Of a stretch of DNA of 64,000 nucleotides, positions 21,924-31,660 are shown one piece after another. The notes beneath the pieces are model-generated. The model searched no databases. It saw only the letters and a program-made list of their open reading frames with translations, and was not told where the DNA came from. The position numbers were made by a program, and so were the translations under genes. The stretch is from positions 486-64,485 of the forward strand of contig JBEILM010000005.1 of assembly GCA_040379205.1 (NCBI GenBank), read 5' to 3'. Every line of letters starts with the position of its first letter. Positions within the stretch are counted from its first letter, which is position 1. The DNA comes from Gemmatimonas sp. GTDB lineage: Bacteria; Gemmatimonadota; Gemmatimonadetes; Gemmatimonadales; Gemmatimonadaceae.

Positions 21924-24900
21924 TTACACGGTGATGGCGAGCCCCCGGTAGATGCGGGCCTTGTACCGGCTGTGCACGGGCTCCGGCAGGGGCGCGCTGG
22001 CCAGCAGGACCGCGTGGGCGAACCGCTCCTGCTCCTCCGCCTGTTCGGCCGTGTCCCGCGGCTCCTCCGATCGAACCCGCCGGGTGAGGTTGATCTGGTT
22101 CACGGGGACGTTGTGCACGAGGCGCTCGTTCTCCATGCCGAGCGTGGCCGTGAGCGCATGCAGCGTCGTCTTCACGAAGTTGGCCAGCGCGAACTCGGCG
22201 TGGGTGGGCCGCACGGGCACGTCCGGCGACACGAGTACGAGGCGCACGTGGTCGAGCAACAATACCTTTCGGGCGATGCGGAGGTGATGGGTGAGATGCG
22301 CCTCGACGAGATCGGCGAAGCCGCCGGCGTCGAGCGCCGGCGTCCCGTCGTCCCGGAAGATCTGCGCCGGCAGGGGCGTGAACGGGGTGGAGACCACGGC
22401 GGCCGGCGCGCCGCCGGCGAGCAGCGCGCGGTCCATCCCTGCCTCGAGGTCGTCGCCGGTGACGATGTTCTCGATGCGTTCGGCGCCCAGCACGATGCGC
22501 AGCAGCGACTGCACATCGCGCCCCGCCTCGGCACTGCGCGTGAGCAGCATGATGCGCCCGACCTGGCTCTGCTCGAGGGCCAGCCGCGCCGCCCGCGCCA
22601 GGTGCGAAGTGAGATATTCGCCGATGAGCCAGATGGTCTGCCCGCGCATTTTGGCCACCCGTTCCGGCTTCGCCCGTCCGAACAGTTCGCGCTCGGTGAT
22701 GGCACGCTCCTGGTGCAGCCCCCCCGACGGTTGAAACGTCTCGCCGCTGACGGCCCGGTCACTCAGGAAGAACACGGTGGCCAGCGCCACCTCCACTTCG
22801 GTGGGCATGTTGCGCAGGTGGAGCATGCCCACGACGCCCTTGCCGATCTTCTCCGCCTCACGCGCGATTTCCCGCGCGGCGATGAACGGCGACGCCTCGG
22901 GCAGCGCGGCCAGCACCGCCGCGTCATTGCCCTGCACCAACCCGAGCAGCCCGTCGATGTCGGCGCCCTGCCGCAGCGCCTCGATGATGGCGGCGTATAC
23001 CGCATTCAGCCGACGGTTCTCGAGAAAAGCCGACCACGCCGCTCGAACAATCCGGGCTTCCCGCCCACGCTCCGCAGGCGGTTGCCGTCCACCGGCCCCG
23101 GCGCGATGGCGTTGACCTGAATCTCCGGGCCCACGATGCGGGCGAAGTTCTCGGTGATGGCGCGCTGGCCGGCCTTGGAGACGGCGTAGTCGGCACGATT
23201 CGGATACGGCACGGCCACGTACTTCTCGCCGCCGAAGTACGAGGACACGTTGAGGATGTAGCCCGTGCCCTGGCGCTTCATGATGGGCACGACCTTCTCG
23301 ATGAGCGAGTAGTTCGAGATGAGGTTTGCATTGAGCGTGGCGCGCCACGCGTCGATGTCCATATCGACTACCATCTGCTCAGCGCCGGCGACACCGGCGT
23401 TGTTGACGAGGTAGTCGATACGCCCGAACGCCTCCATCGTCGCCGCGACCGCGCGGCCGAGCGACGCTTCGTCGGCCACGTCGACATCGGCCAGCGTACG
23501 GACCCGGTCGAGGGCCCCGTTGTACCCGATGTCCTCCAGTTCGCGCACGATCCCGCTGCGCATCTCCTCGAGTTGGTCGGCACGGCGCGCCACGAGCATC
23601 ACACGCGCGCCGGCAATGGCGAGCAGGCGCCCCAACTGTCCGCCGATCCCCGCTGAGCCACCGGTAATGAGCGCCACCTTGCCCAGGTGCAGCCCCATCA
23701 GCGACTCCATCCACCCGAAGATGGCGCGCCGGGAGCCGGTCGCCTCGACGATGGATGCCGGCAGGTAGAGGTTGACCGGCCGAATGCGCCGCCGCGTGAA
23801 CAGCAGCCGCGCCGCCTGACCGGCGGCGAAGGGGACCTCTTCGGAATCGCGATTCCCCCACCGGATGATCTGGTTGGACCACTCCACGAAGGGGCGCTCG
23901 CCCGCCTGTTGCTGGGCATCCGATTCGTCGCGCCAGACGCGGCACAGCTCCTCCAACGCCCCGCGCAGCACGTCCGCATACACGTTGCCGTGCCCGTCAT
24001 CCCCATTCGACAGGAACACCACCCGCGGATCGGTGACCATGCCGGTCGGTTGCTGCCAGAGGCGAGTGAGGGCACGCGCCAGCGCCATCATGCCCGCGAT
24101 CTCGCCATCGAGGAAGGCCCCGACATCGCTGTCCGAGAGCGCCACGAAGTCGCCGCGGAAGCGCCACGCGCCGAACGCCGGCATGATGATCGCGCCGTGC
24201 AGCGTCTCCCCGTCTTCGCCTATCTCGCCGAAGAACGCCCGCACGGTGTCCTCACGCGAACGATCGAGCAGCGACACCCGGATGCGCTGGTCCACTGCGT
24301 CGAGACCAAGCGCGTCCTCGGCGGCACGCACGCTTTCCTCGCTGCCCAGCGTGAGCCGCACCTCGGCACCGCAGCTGGCCTGCACACGCGCCACGGCCAG
24401 GGCATCCGTCACCTGGTCACCAGCGGCCACCAGCACGCGCAGTCCGGATCCGTCCACGGTGCGCAGCTCGGGGCGCGACGCCCAGGTGCTCCGCGACTCC
24501 TGCCGCACACTCATGCCATGCGTGACTTCGAAGTTGTGCCCGTTGAGTGCCGCCGACTCGTCGCTGGCCAGAAACACAATCGTGTTGGCGACATCGGAGA
24601 CGGTGGGGAAGCCCTTCGTCGGCACCGTGGACTCCGTCGGCGCCTCCACCGGCGGCGGACCATCGGCCGCCGCCGCAATGCGCGCCAGCGCCGGATTGCG
24701 CGAGAGCGTCATCAGCCCCAGGAAATCCTCGGCCGTCGTGCCGGCAGCGACCTTGCGCAGGCCGTCCATGGCCGCGAATACAGTGCGGATACGGGGCGAT
24801 TCGATGGGACCGGGGAAGACGGTGTTCACCCGGATGCCGCGCGGCCCGAGCTGCGCGGCGAGCAGCCGGCTGAAGGTGTTGAGCGCGGCCTTCGGTACCA

Positions 24901-25522
24901 CATCGGCGGCCCGACTGTAGTACTGGGTACGCGAAAAGATAGTGGACACGTTGATGACCGACGCGCCCGCCTCGAGGTGAGGCGCCACTGCGCGGACCAG
25001 TTTCCACGCGAGCCCGAGAAGATTGCGCGCGGCGGCACCGACCGTCTCCGACTCCACCAGCCCGCGTTCGGCGAGGTGGGCCAGATCGGCGGCGTCGAAG
25101 GGCAGATCGAGCAGTCGGCACTTGGGCCCCGCAGTCTCGGCATTGTTCACCAGGATGTCGATGCGCCCAACGGTGGCAAGCAGCTGCGTGATCGCGCTGC
25201 GTACCTGACCGGGTTCGCCGGCGTCCATCGGCAAGACCACGATCCGGGACGCCGGCACGTGCAGCTCCTCGCGCAGTGCCGCACGAGCCGCATCGAGCCT
25301 GCGACGGTCACGCCCGGTCATCACCACGGTGGCGCCCTCGCGCAGGAACCGGCGCGTGATCCCGGTGCCGATGTTGCCGGCCGCCCCGGTGATGACGGCG
25401 ACCTTGCCCGCCAGCCGCCCGCGCGGCGCGCGTCGCCGCTCGCGGCCGGTTTCGGTCCCGGTCTCCGAAGCCACGGTGTCGCCGCCAGCGGTGGCCGTCT
25501 CGCCTGTCCGTCGTCCGCTCAT
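21924..25522 (-). pseudogene. mcr: Bifunctional malonyl-CoA reductase (Chloroflexus Mcr type), split by a 1-nt frameshift near 23025-23028
   Basis: ORF 23006-25522 has RLAGKVAVITGAAGNIG, VNTVFPGPIESPRIRTVF, LHLGKVALITGGSAGIGGQLGRLLA and YPNRADYAVSKAGQRA. The second frame continues LENRRLN...GETFQPSGGL...RIYRGLAITV, matching the recalled Mcr C-terminus. One added base gives a 1199-aa protein. Confidence 0.88.
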
Positions 25523-28500
25523 CGCTGCATCTCCTGTGCTGCCCAGGCTTCGTAGAGATGATCGACCGTGCGCAGCCCGAGCGCGGGCAACGCGTGATTC
25601 ACGACGTAGGTGGCACCGGTATGCCGATTGTCCCACATTGCCTGATGGGCCTCGGCCAGTCCCTCCCACGGTACCACGGTGGGAGTGGTGACTTCGAGCA
25701 GACCGGCATCCACCATCTCATTTATGCGGACCACCTCGTACGCGTTGCACAGGTGCGTACCGAGGATGCTGGCGGTTGGCATGAGGATGCGGCGCTGGCG
25801 TGTCCACACCTGAGGCGCATAGAAGCTGTAGCGGCGGTGGCGCATGTCCTCGAAGTACAGCACGCGACCAGTGAACGGCTGCACCAGCGACGTGGACACC
25901 GCGAGCGCATCGTGACCGGCGCGTTCGATGATCACCGACGGCGCGCCGCGCGGATTGTCCGCCGACCGGAGCACCCGGCCCACGGCGGAGCCGAACGGCT
26001 TCAGCGTATGCTCCTGAAAGGCCCGCACGGCGTCACGGAATGCCGCCGAGTCGCGCCGGACGTCGGGCAGCGACGGCATGGTCGGGGGCCACGAGAATTC
26101 ATCGCCCAGCCGGCGTCCCAGTTCCTCGAGCGCGATCATCCCACGAATGCGATCGCCGAAGCCCAGCGACTGGACGAACTCACGCTGCGCATCGGTGCGC
26201 GTCACGATGCAGCCACGCGCGCCGGCGGCAGCCACCGCCTCGATCGCCACCAACCCATCCGGATCGACCAACTCCCCCTCGGGCAACCCGACGCCGTAGT
26301 ACACGAGCGCCGCCTCACCCGCGCGCACCGCAGCACGACGCAACATGGCGTCGGGAGCCACGGCGCCCGGCTTGCCCACGAACGTGAAGTGGTACCCCGA
26401 CGAGGCGCCATAGAAGGTGAGCGCCCCGCCCTCCTCCAGCAGCTGGAAGCTCCGCGGGAACGCACGCTCGCCGGCATGCGACACCACATAATCGGCCAGG
26501 TGACCGTCATGCTGCGCACGAAAGGCAGCGCTGAGCGCGTCGCCCTCCGCCTCCCACACCGCGATCGCCTCGGCTCCCTCCGGCACCATGCGGAACGCCG
26601 AGGCCCACGAGGGATCGGCACGATTCAGGAAGCCACGCCCACCGAACGACGTCACCACCGCACCACGTGCCTCGCTGGACACGAGACCGGTGACGGCGCA
26701 TCCGTGTTGCGAGGCCGCCTTGAGCGCCTCGAGGCCCGTGCCCGTGGCAGCGCCCTCCACCAGAATGGTGCGCCCCGGCTCGACGCGTAGCGTCGTGAAC
26801 AGGGCGCGCACGATGGTGCCGAGGTTCAGGATGTATGAACCGGCCGCCTCCAGCGAGAGGTCCTGCGGCACTGGATGCAGCTGTGGCGCCTGCACGGCGA
26901 GGAACTGCTGATGGCTGCCGGTGCGCGACTCGTATCCCTGGATGCGGAAGTCTGCCGACATTGGATCGCGGGCCGCGAACGGGGACAGCAGCGCGCTCTG
27001 CCCACTGTAGACGGCCACCAGGTCGCCCACACGCAGCCGCCCCTCGGCCTTCGCTTCGCTGCCGAGCGCCGCCACGAGCCCTACGCCGCCGGAGCCGGTG
27101 ACCTGCCAATCCTGATCGTGATTGTCGAACGGCGAAACCGGAATGCCGGTGATAGCCCAGATGTCGTTGAAGTTCACCTCCGACGCCAGCATGTACACAA
27201 GGGCTTCGTTCGGCGAGGGCGTGTCCACCGGAACCAGCAGCTCGTGCTCCACCTCGGCGGGTAACCCGTGCCGGGGCGCACCCGTCTCCGGGTCGCGCAC
27301 GACGCCCTGCCCCAATTGCCACGCCGGAATGGGGGTGACGCCGGGATAGAACGGCGCGCCCACCGGCAGCAGGTCGCCGCGGGCGATCAGGTCGGCGCGA
27401 CGGTCGCTGCCCACGACCTGCCGCCGTGTGGGGAGCGGCGCGCTGCGCCGATCGAAGAAGGCGCGGATGCCCGCCTTACCCCCGGCCGGATCGACGACGG
27501 CTTCGGCGAAGAGCCGCGCCTCACGGGCGAGGCCGGCGGTGAGACCGTCACGCCAGCCCGTGCGCACGGCATCGAGGATGCGCCCGGTGGCCCCCGCGCG
27601 ACCGACCCGCTCCGCCTGGGCCAGGAGTCGGGTCACCGGCGGGAGCGCCAACAGCCCTTCGACGTCGAGGTGCCCCGCCGCATCCCACGCCCGCCGCCGC
27701 TCGGCGACCGTCGCCATATGGCGTCCGAACGTCGTCCGGCCTTCCTCTGCGAGCCACTCGCGCACCAGGGCCGCGGCGCGCGCTACCGCATCGTCGCTGC
27801 CGGACACCACCTCGTCGATGACACCGGCGGCCAGCGCCTCGGTGGCATCGAGCTGCCGTCCACCCAGGATGATCTCCATGGCCTGCACGAATCCCTCGGC
27901 GCCATCGCGATCGGCGAGCAGTCGCGTGAGGCGCTGCGTGCCACCATAGCCCGGCAGGAGGTTGAGTCGAATCTCCGGCTGCCCGAACACCGCCACCGGC
28001 TCGGCGATACGATAGTGACAGGCCAGCGCGAACTCGAGACCACCCCCGAGCGCCACACCGTTGATGGCCGCGACACAGGGTTTGCCCATGCGTTCGATCA
28101 TGCGGAATGCCAGATGCGCCACATTGGGAAGCGGTAGCGCCTCCTCCAGCGTGTGCACGTCCTCCAGCAACTGCCGCACATCGGCGCCGGCCACGAACGA
28201 GCTGTTGCCGCCGCCGGTGAAGAGCACCGCGCGCACATCCTCCTGTCGCGACAGGTGCTCCACTACCGTGCACAACTCGTCGAGCGCCCGCTCGTTGAGC
28301 GCATTGACCGGCGGGTTGCTGACCGTGACCACGGCCAGCCGCGCGCCCGGCTGCAGCGTGTGGTAATGCACCCGGAAGTAGCGCCACGACACGAGCACCC
28401 GTTGCGCCTCGCTGATGCGCTGCACCGCCTGCCACTGCCCGATCACCTGCGCCAGTGCCGGAATGCTCTCGGGATTGCGCAGGGTGGTGGTGTCCCCGAT

Positions 28501-30981
28501 GGATTCACCGTCGACCAGGGCCCGCACCATGCGGCGCATGTACTTGCCACTGCGGGTTTCGGGAAACGCGGCCACCTCGAGAAACTCCTCGGGCACGGCC
28601 ACGGCGCCCTTCTCCTGCCGTACCAGTTCGGTGAGACGGCGACGGTCGTCCATGGTGATGCGACGGCCGGCGGCGGGCACGACGAAGGCCAGCGGCGTCA
28701 GCCCCTTCTCGCGATGCGGCGCCCCCACCACGATGACGTTGCCCACCGGGGAGTCGGGGTTGACCTGCTTGTCGCGCAGGATGGCTCCCTCGATCTCCTC
28801 GGTGCCCATGCGATGGCCGCTGACGTTGATCACATCGTCGCTGCGGCCGTGCAGCGAGAAGCTGCCATCGGCATGACGGATGGCCACATCGCCCTGCGTG
28901 TAGGCCCACGCCCCCTGCCAGCGCGCCCAGTAGGTGGCGCGGTAGCGCTCGGCGTCACCTCGCCACGAGGGAACCACACTGCCGTCGGTGACCTGAAAAC
29001 CGTCGGCGTCTCCCCAGATGGTGCGCGCCAGGTAGGGATAGGGTGCCTGGATGACGATCTCACCCTTTTCACCATCCGCCGCCCGTCGTGACGGCAGCCG
29101 GCCTGCGGCGTCGGGCTCGCCTGCAGGGATCCATACATCCCCGTCAACCCACGGCAGCGGATAGGTGTGCGCATCCGGCCGCAGCGGGAACGCCGCATTG
29201 CCAAAGAAGTGCGTCCATACGATGCCGCCGTGCTCGGTGGCCCAGTACGAGTTGATGTACTGTGGACACAGATGATCCATCCCGAACTGCTGCACGGCCA
29301 GTGACACCGGCTCGGCGCAGAAGGTCGCCACGCGCAGGCCGCTCACGTCGTGGCGACGCACGTCCTCGAGGTTCTGCGGATCGGTCATCACCGACTTGAG
29401 GAACGTGACCCCCGCCTTGAAGATCGTTACGCCATACCGCTCGATGATGGACGCGAACCGGCCGGCACTCGGAAAGACGGGCGCGCCCTCGGCCAACATC
29501 GACGTGACGCGCGTCGCCAGCGCGGCGGCAATCATGTACGACTGTCCCGTGATCCACCCCGGATCGGCCACCACGTACATCACATCACCGGGGCGCGCAT
29601 CGAACGCCACGCGCATGGTGTGCGACACACCGGCCAGCCAGCCACCGTGCACGTGCACTACGCCCTTCGGCTTCCCGGTCGAACCGGACGTGTAGATGAA
29701 GAACAGTGGAAACTCGGCATCGACCGGGCGTGGCGGCACCACCCGCCAGATCTCGCGCACAAGCGATGCATCGTCGAGTGCGCGCAGGGCGTCGACGCCG
29801 CGAACCACGCTGCCGGCCGCCTGCAGCTGCGCAAGCAGCTCCGCATCGGCGTCGGCCAGGAGCTCGTGCGCCCACCGATCGCGACCGGCACGCCACGGGA
29901 CATCCGCCTGCCCGGTATGTCGTACCACCACGACGTGCTCCACCGCACTGGTGACGCCGACCAGTGCCCGCGCGCACCCCGTACGCGCCGCGCTCGCGCT
30001 CGCGGCGTCGAGCACACCGGAGTCCACGTGCGCCGCCAGCGCGCGCCCCACGCCGCGCATGACATCGCTGCGTTCCACAGTGATCTCGCCGGAAAGGGCG
30101 CGCGTCACCTCGTCGGTGAGGCGCGTGCGCGCGTCGTCGGTGAGGCCGAGCGCCACCGCTGCTTCGCGCACCGCCGCTACAGCCCGCGGCACCGGGACAT
30201 ACCGATCGAGTGCCGGATCGGTGTATGCCGCCTTGAACGGCACGATCTGCGCGTTGCGATAGCCGCCATCGGCGGTGATGACCACGCGCGCCCCGGCATC
30301 GCACACGCGATCGGCCAGCGTCTTGTCGGAGAAGCCGCCGAAGACGGGCGTGTAGACAATGCCCAGCCGCTTGGCGGCCTCCGTCCACGCGACCTGCTCC
30401 GGAATGTTCGGGAGGTTGAGCGCGATGCGGTCGCCCGTGCGGAGGCCAAGGCGACGCAGGGCGATGGCGCATCGGGCAACTTCGAGGAGCAGGTCGCGCC
30501 GAGTCCAACGCCACGCGACGACGGGCCCACCGCGCCCGCCATCGAGCGACTGGTCCCAGCGATCGCCTTCCACGAAAAACGCTGCCTCTGCTCCATGGCC
30601 CGCGAGCACGTGGCGATCCACTTCGTTGAAGCAGGCGTTCGTGCGGGCGCCCACGAACCAGCGATAGTTCGGCGGATCCGCGTCGTCGAACGCGAGCGAC
30701 CACGGGGAGAAGTCGGCCTCGGCCGACCAGCTGACGGGGCCACCCGTGCGCCCATCGTATCCGCGCCAGGCGCCGTCCGCATCGCGCGTCAACCAGGCCT
30801 GCGCCGCCGGCACGTACCAGTGCAGCATCTCGGCGGCGATCGCACCATGCCAGCCTCCCGGATCGCGCTGACAGGCGTCACGTATCGTGTGCCAGTCGTC
30901 GCCGGTGCGAATGGGGTTGGCAACGACAGGAGCGGCGTGGTCCGGGGACATGCCCGGAACCGATCGCGGAGTCACGGTCAT
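25519..30981 (-). CDS. pcs: Trifunctional propionyl-CoA synthase (3-hydroxypropionyl-CoA synthetase / dehydratase / acrylyl-CoA reductase)
   Basis: 1820 aa. ACS domain (YTSGSTGKPKG, YWATEHGG, ETRSGKYMRR), crotonase domain (GGGLEFALACH, QPEIRLNLLPGYGGTQRL) and Ecr/MDR domain (SEVNFNDIW, GAATGTG, GTHLCN). N-terminal NPIR...W..HGAIA and EGDRWD..GRGGPVV match recalled Pcs. Confidence 0.95.
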   Translation of the reverse strand: MTVTPRSVPGMSPDHAAPVVANPIRTGDDWHTIRDACQRDPGGWHGAIAAEMLHWYVPAAQAWLTRDADGAWRGYDGRTGGPVSWSAEADFSPWSLAFDDADPPNYRWFVGARTNACFNEVDRHVLAGHGAEAAFFVEGDRWDQSLDGGRGGPVVAWRWTRRDLLLEVARCAIALRRLGLRTGDRIALNLPNIPEQVAWTEAAKRLGIVYTPVFGGFSDKTLADRVCDAGARVVITADGGYRNAQIVPFKAAYTDPALDRYVPVPRAVAAVREAAVALGLTDDARTRLTDEVTRALSGEITVERSDVMRGVGRALAAHVDSGVLDAASASAARTGCARALVGVTSAVEHVVVVRHTGQADVPWRAGRDRWAHELLADADAELLAQLQAAGSVVRGVDALRALDDASLVREIWRVVPPRPVDAEFPLFFIYTSGSTGKPKGVVHVHGGWLAGVSHTMRVAFDARPGDVMYVVADPGWITGQSYMIAAALATRVTSMLAEGAPVFPSAGRFASIIERYGVTIFKAGVTFLKSVMTDPQNLEDVRRHDVSGLRVATFCAEPVSLAVQQFGMDHLCPQYINSYWATEHGGIVWTHFFGNAAFPLRPDAHTYPLPWVDGDVWIPAGEPDAAGRLPSRRAADGEKGEIVIQAPYPYLARTIWGDADGFQVTDGSVVPSWRGDAERYRATYWARWQGAWAYTQGDVAIRHADGSFSLHGRSDDVINVSGHRMGTEEIEGAILRDKQVNPDSPVGNVIVVGAPHREKGLTPLAFVVPAAGRRITMDDRRRLTELVRQEKGAVAVPEEFLEVAAFPETRSGKYMRRMVRALVDGESIGDTTTLRNPESIPALAQVIGQWQAVQRISEAQRVLVSWRYFRVHYHTLQPGARLAVVTVSNPPVNALNERALDELCTVVEHLSRQEDVRAVLFTGGGNSSFVAGADVRQLLEDVHTLEEALPLPNVAHLAFRMIERMGKPCVAAINGVALGGGLEFALACHYRIAEPVAVFGQPEIRLNLLPGYGGTQRLTRLLADRDGAEGFVQAMEIILGGRQLDATEALAAGVIDEVVSGSDDAVARAAALVREWLAEEGRTTFGRHMATVAERRRAWDAAGHLDVEGLLALPPVTRLLAQAERVGRAGATGRILDAVRTGWRDGLTAGLAREARLFAEAVVDPAGGKAGIRAFFDRRSAPLPTRRQVVGSDRRADLIARGDLLPVGAPFYPGVTPIPAWQLGQGVVRDPETGAPRHGLPAEVEHELLVPVDTPSPNEALVYMLASEVNFNDIWAITGIPVSPFDNHDQDWQVTGSGGVGLVAALGSEAKAEGRLRVGDLVAVYSGQSALLSPFAARDPMSADFRIQGYESRTGSHQQFLAVQAPQLHPVPQDLSLEAAGSYILNLGTIVRALFTTLRVEPGRTILVEGAATGTGLEALKAASQHGCAVTGLVSSEARGAVVTSFGGRGFLNRADPSWASAFRMVPEGAEAIAVWEAEGDALSAAFRAQHDGHLADYVVSHAGERAFPRSFQLLEEGGALTFYGASSGYHFTFVGKPGAVAPDAMLRRAAVRAGEAALVYYGVGLPEGELVDPDGLVAIEAVAAAGARGCIVTRTDAQREFVQSLGFGDRIRGMIALEELGRRLGDEFSWPPTMPSLPDVRRDSAAFRDAVRAFQEHTLKPFGSAVGRVLRSADNPRGAPSVIIERAGHDALAVSTSLVQPFTGRVLYFEDMRHRRYSFYAPQVWTRQRRILMPTASILGTHLCNAYEVVRINEMVDAGLLEVTTPTVVPWEGLAEAHQAMWDNRHTGATYVVNHALPALGLRTVDHLYEAWAAQEMQR

Positions 30982-31208
30982 GGCATCGCCGAGGCGTCAT
31001 CGGGGGTGGTGACGCGGCACCAGTCACGACGACGCGCCCACACGCCACTGCCGCGATGGCCGCAGTGACGAGTGATGGGCCCGTTGTGCTGGAAGACCGC
31101 ACCGGCGTTCGAGGAACGGCCGCAAGAATCCGAGGACGCCGACAACGCCGGCGCGTCAGCCGCATGAAACTGGCGGCGACTGCTGCTCGGCGATCACGCT
31201 GTCGCAAG

Positions 31209-31430
31209 CTAATGCATGAACGCGCTGATCGTTGCCGTCAACCGCGCATCGTCCATGTTGTCATCCCACCCGGGTGGCACCAACGCAATCACACGTTGCG
31301 CACCGGAATTGCATTCGATGGCGACGGTGTCGCCGGGCATCGTCTCGGCAACCGCGCGCTGTTCGACCGGGATCTCCGGCAATTCGAGACAGATCCAGGT
31401 CACACCGCGCTGATCGGCTACCGTACGCAC
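31209..31430 (-). CDS. Small hypothetical protein (73 aa)
   Basis: GGAG RBS before the GTG; fills the gap between tRNA-Leu and the pcs upstream region. Confidence 0.55.
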   Translation of the reverse strand: MRTVADQRGVTWICLELPEIPVEQRAVAETMPGDTVAIECNSGAQRVIALVPPGWDDNMDDARLTATISAFMH

Positions 31431-31498
31431 AAGACACTCCGGATGGTGGGAACGCGAAAGCTACCCCGACAGACCATGTTCGGTCACCTGCTGGTGAA

Positions 31499-31582
31499 TA
31501 CCCGGAGCGGGACTCGAACCCGCACGCCCTTTCGAGCAAGAGATTTTAAGTCTCGCGCGTCTACCGATTTCGCCATCCGGGT
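31499..31582 (-). tRNA. tRNA-Leu(TAA)
   Basis: ACCCGGATGGCGAAATCGGTAGACGCGCGAGACTTAAAATCTC...long variable arm...GGTTCGAGTCCCGCTCCGGGTA; CCA not encoded directly. Confidence 0.95.
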
Positions 31583-31607
31583 GTGCCACGAGGCGCCGCA
31601 CGAGGCG

Positions 31608-31636
31608 ACGATAGTGCGCGCCGGTATCAAACGCAA
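31608..31636 (-). promoter_or_regulatory. Putative separate promoter for tRNA-Leu
   Basis: TTGCGT(31636-31631)-N17-TATCGT(31613-31608). Confidence 0.5.
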
Positions 31637-31660
31637 AACGGGAGCGCCAAAGCGCTCCCG
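31635..31660 (-). terminator. Rho-independent terminator after tRNA-Gly
   Basis: CGGGAGCGC-tttg-GCGCTCCCG followed by TTTT on the minus strand. Confidence 0.75.

Noticed and set aside
21860-21925. attL/attR direct repeat or integrase bounding the pcs-mcr block
   Set aside because: No copy of the tRNA-Leu 3' end and no recombinase ORF found.
23020-23032. Programmed -1 frameshift or transcriptional slippage explaining the mcr split
   Set aside because: CGG CTT TTC is not an X XXY YYZ heptamer (the P-site tRNA cannot re-pair), and a 4-nt run is too short for typical polymerase slippage.
21924-30981. Claim of full autotrophic 3-HP bi-cycle
   Set aside because: The glyoxylate-assimilation and malyl-CoA genes are absent from the window and mcr appears damaged; only a partial module is supported.
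30982-31208. Riboswitch or Rex site upstream of pcs
   Set aside because: No recognisable aptamer core, terminator or TTGTGAA-like palindrome.
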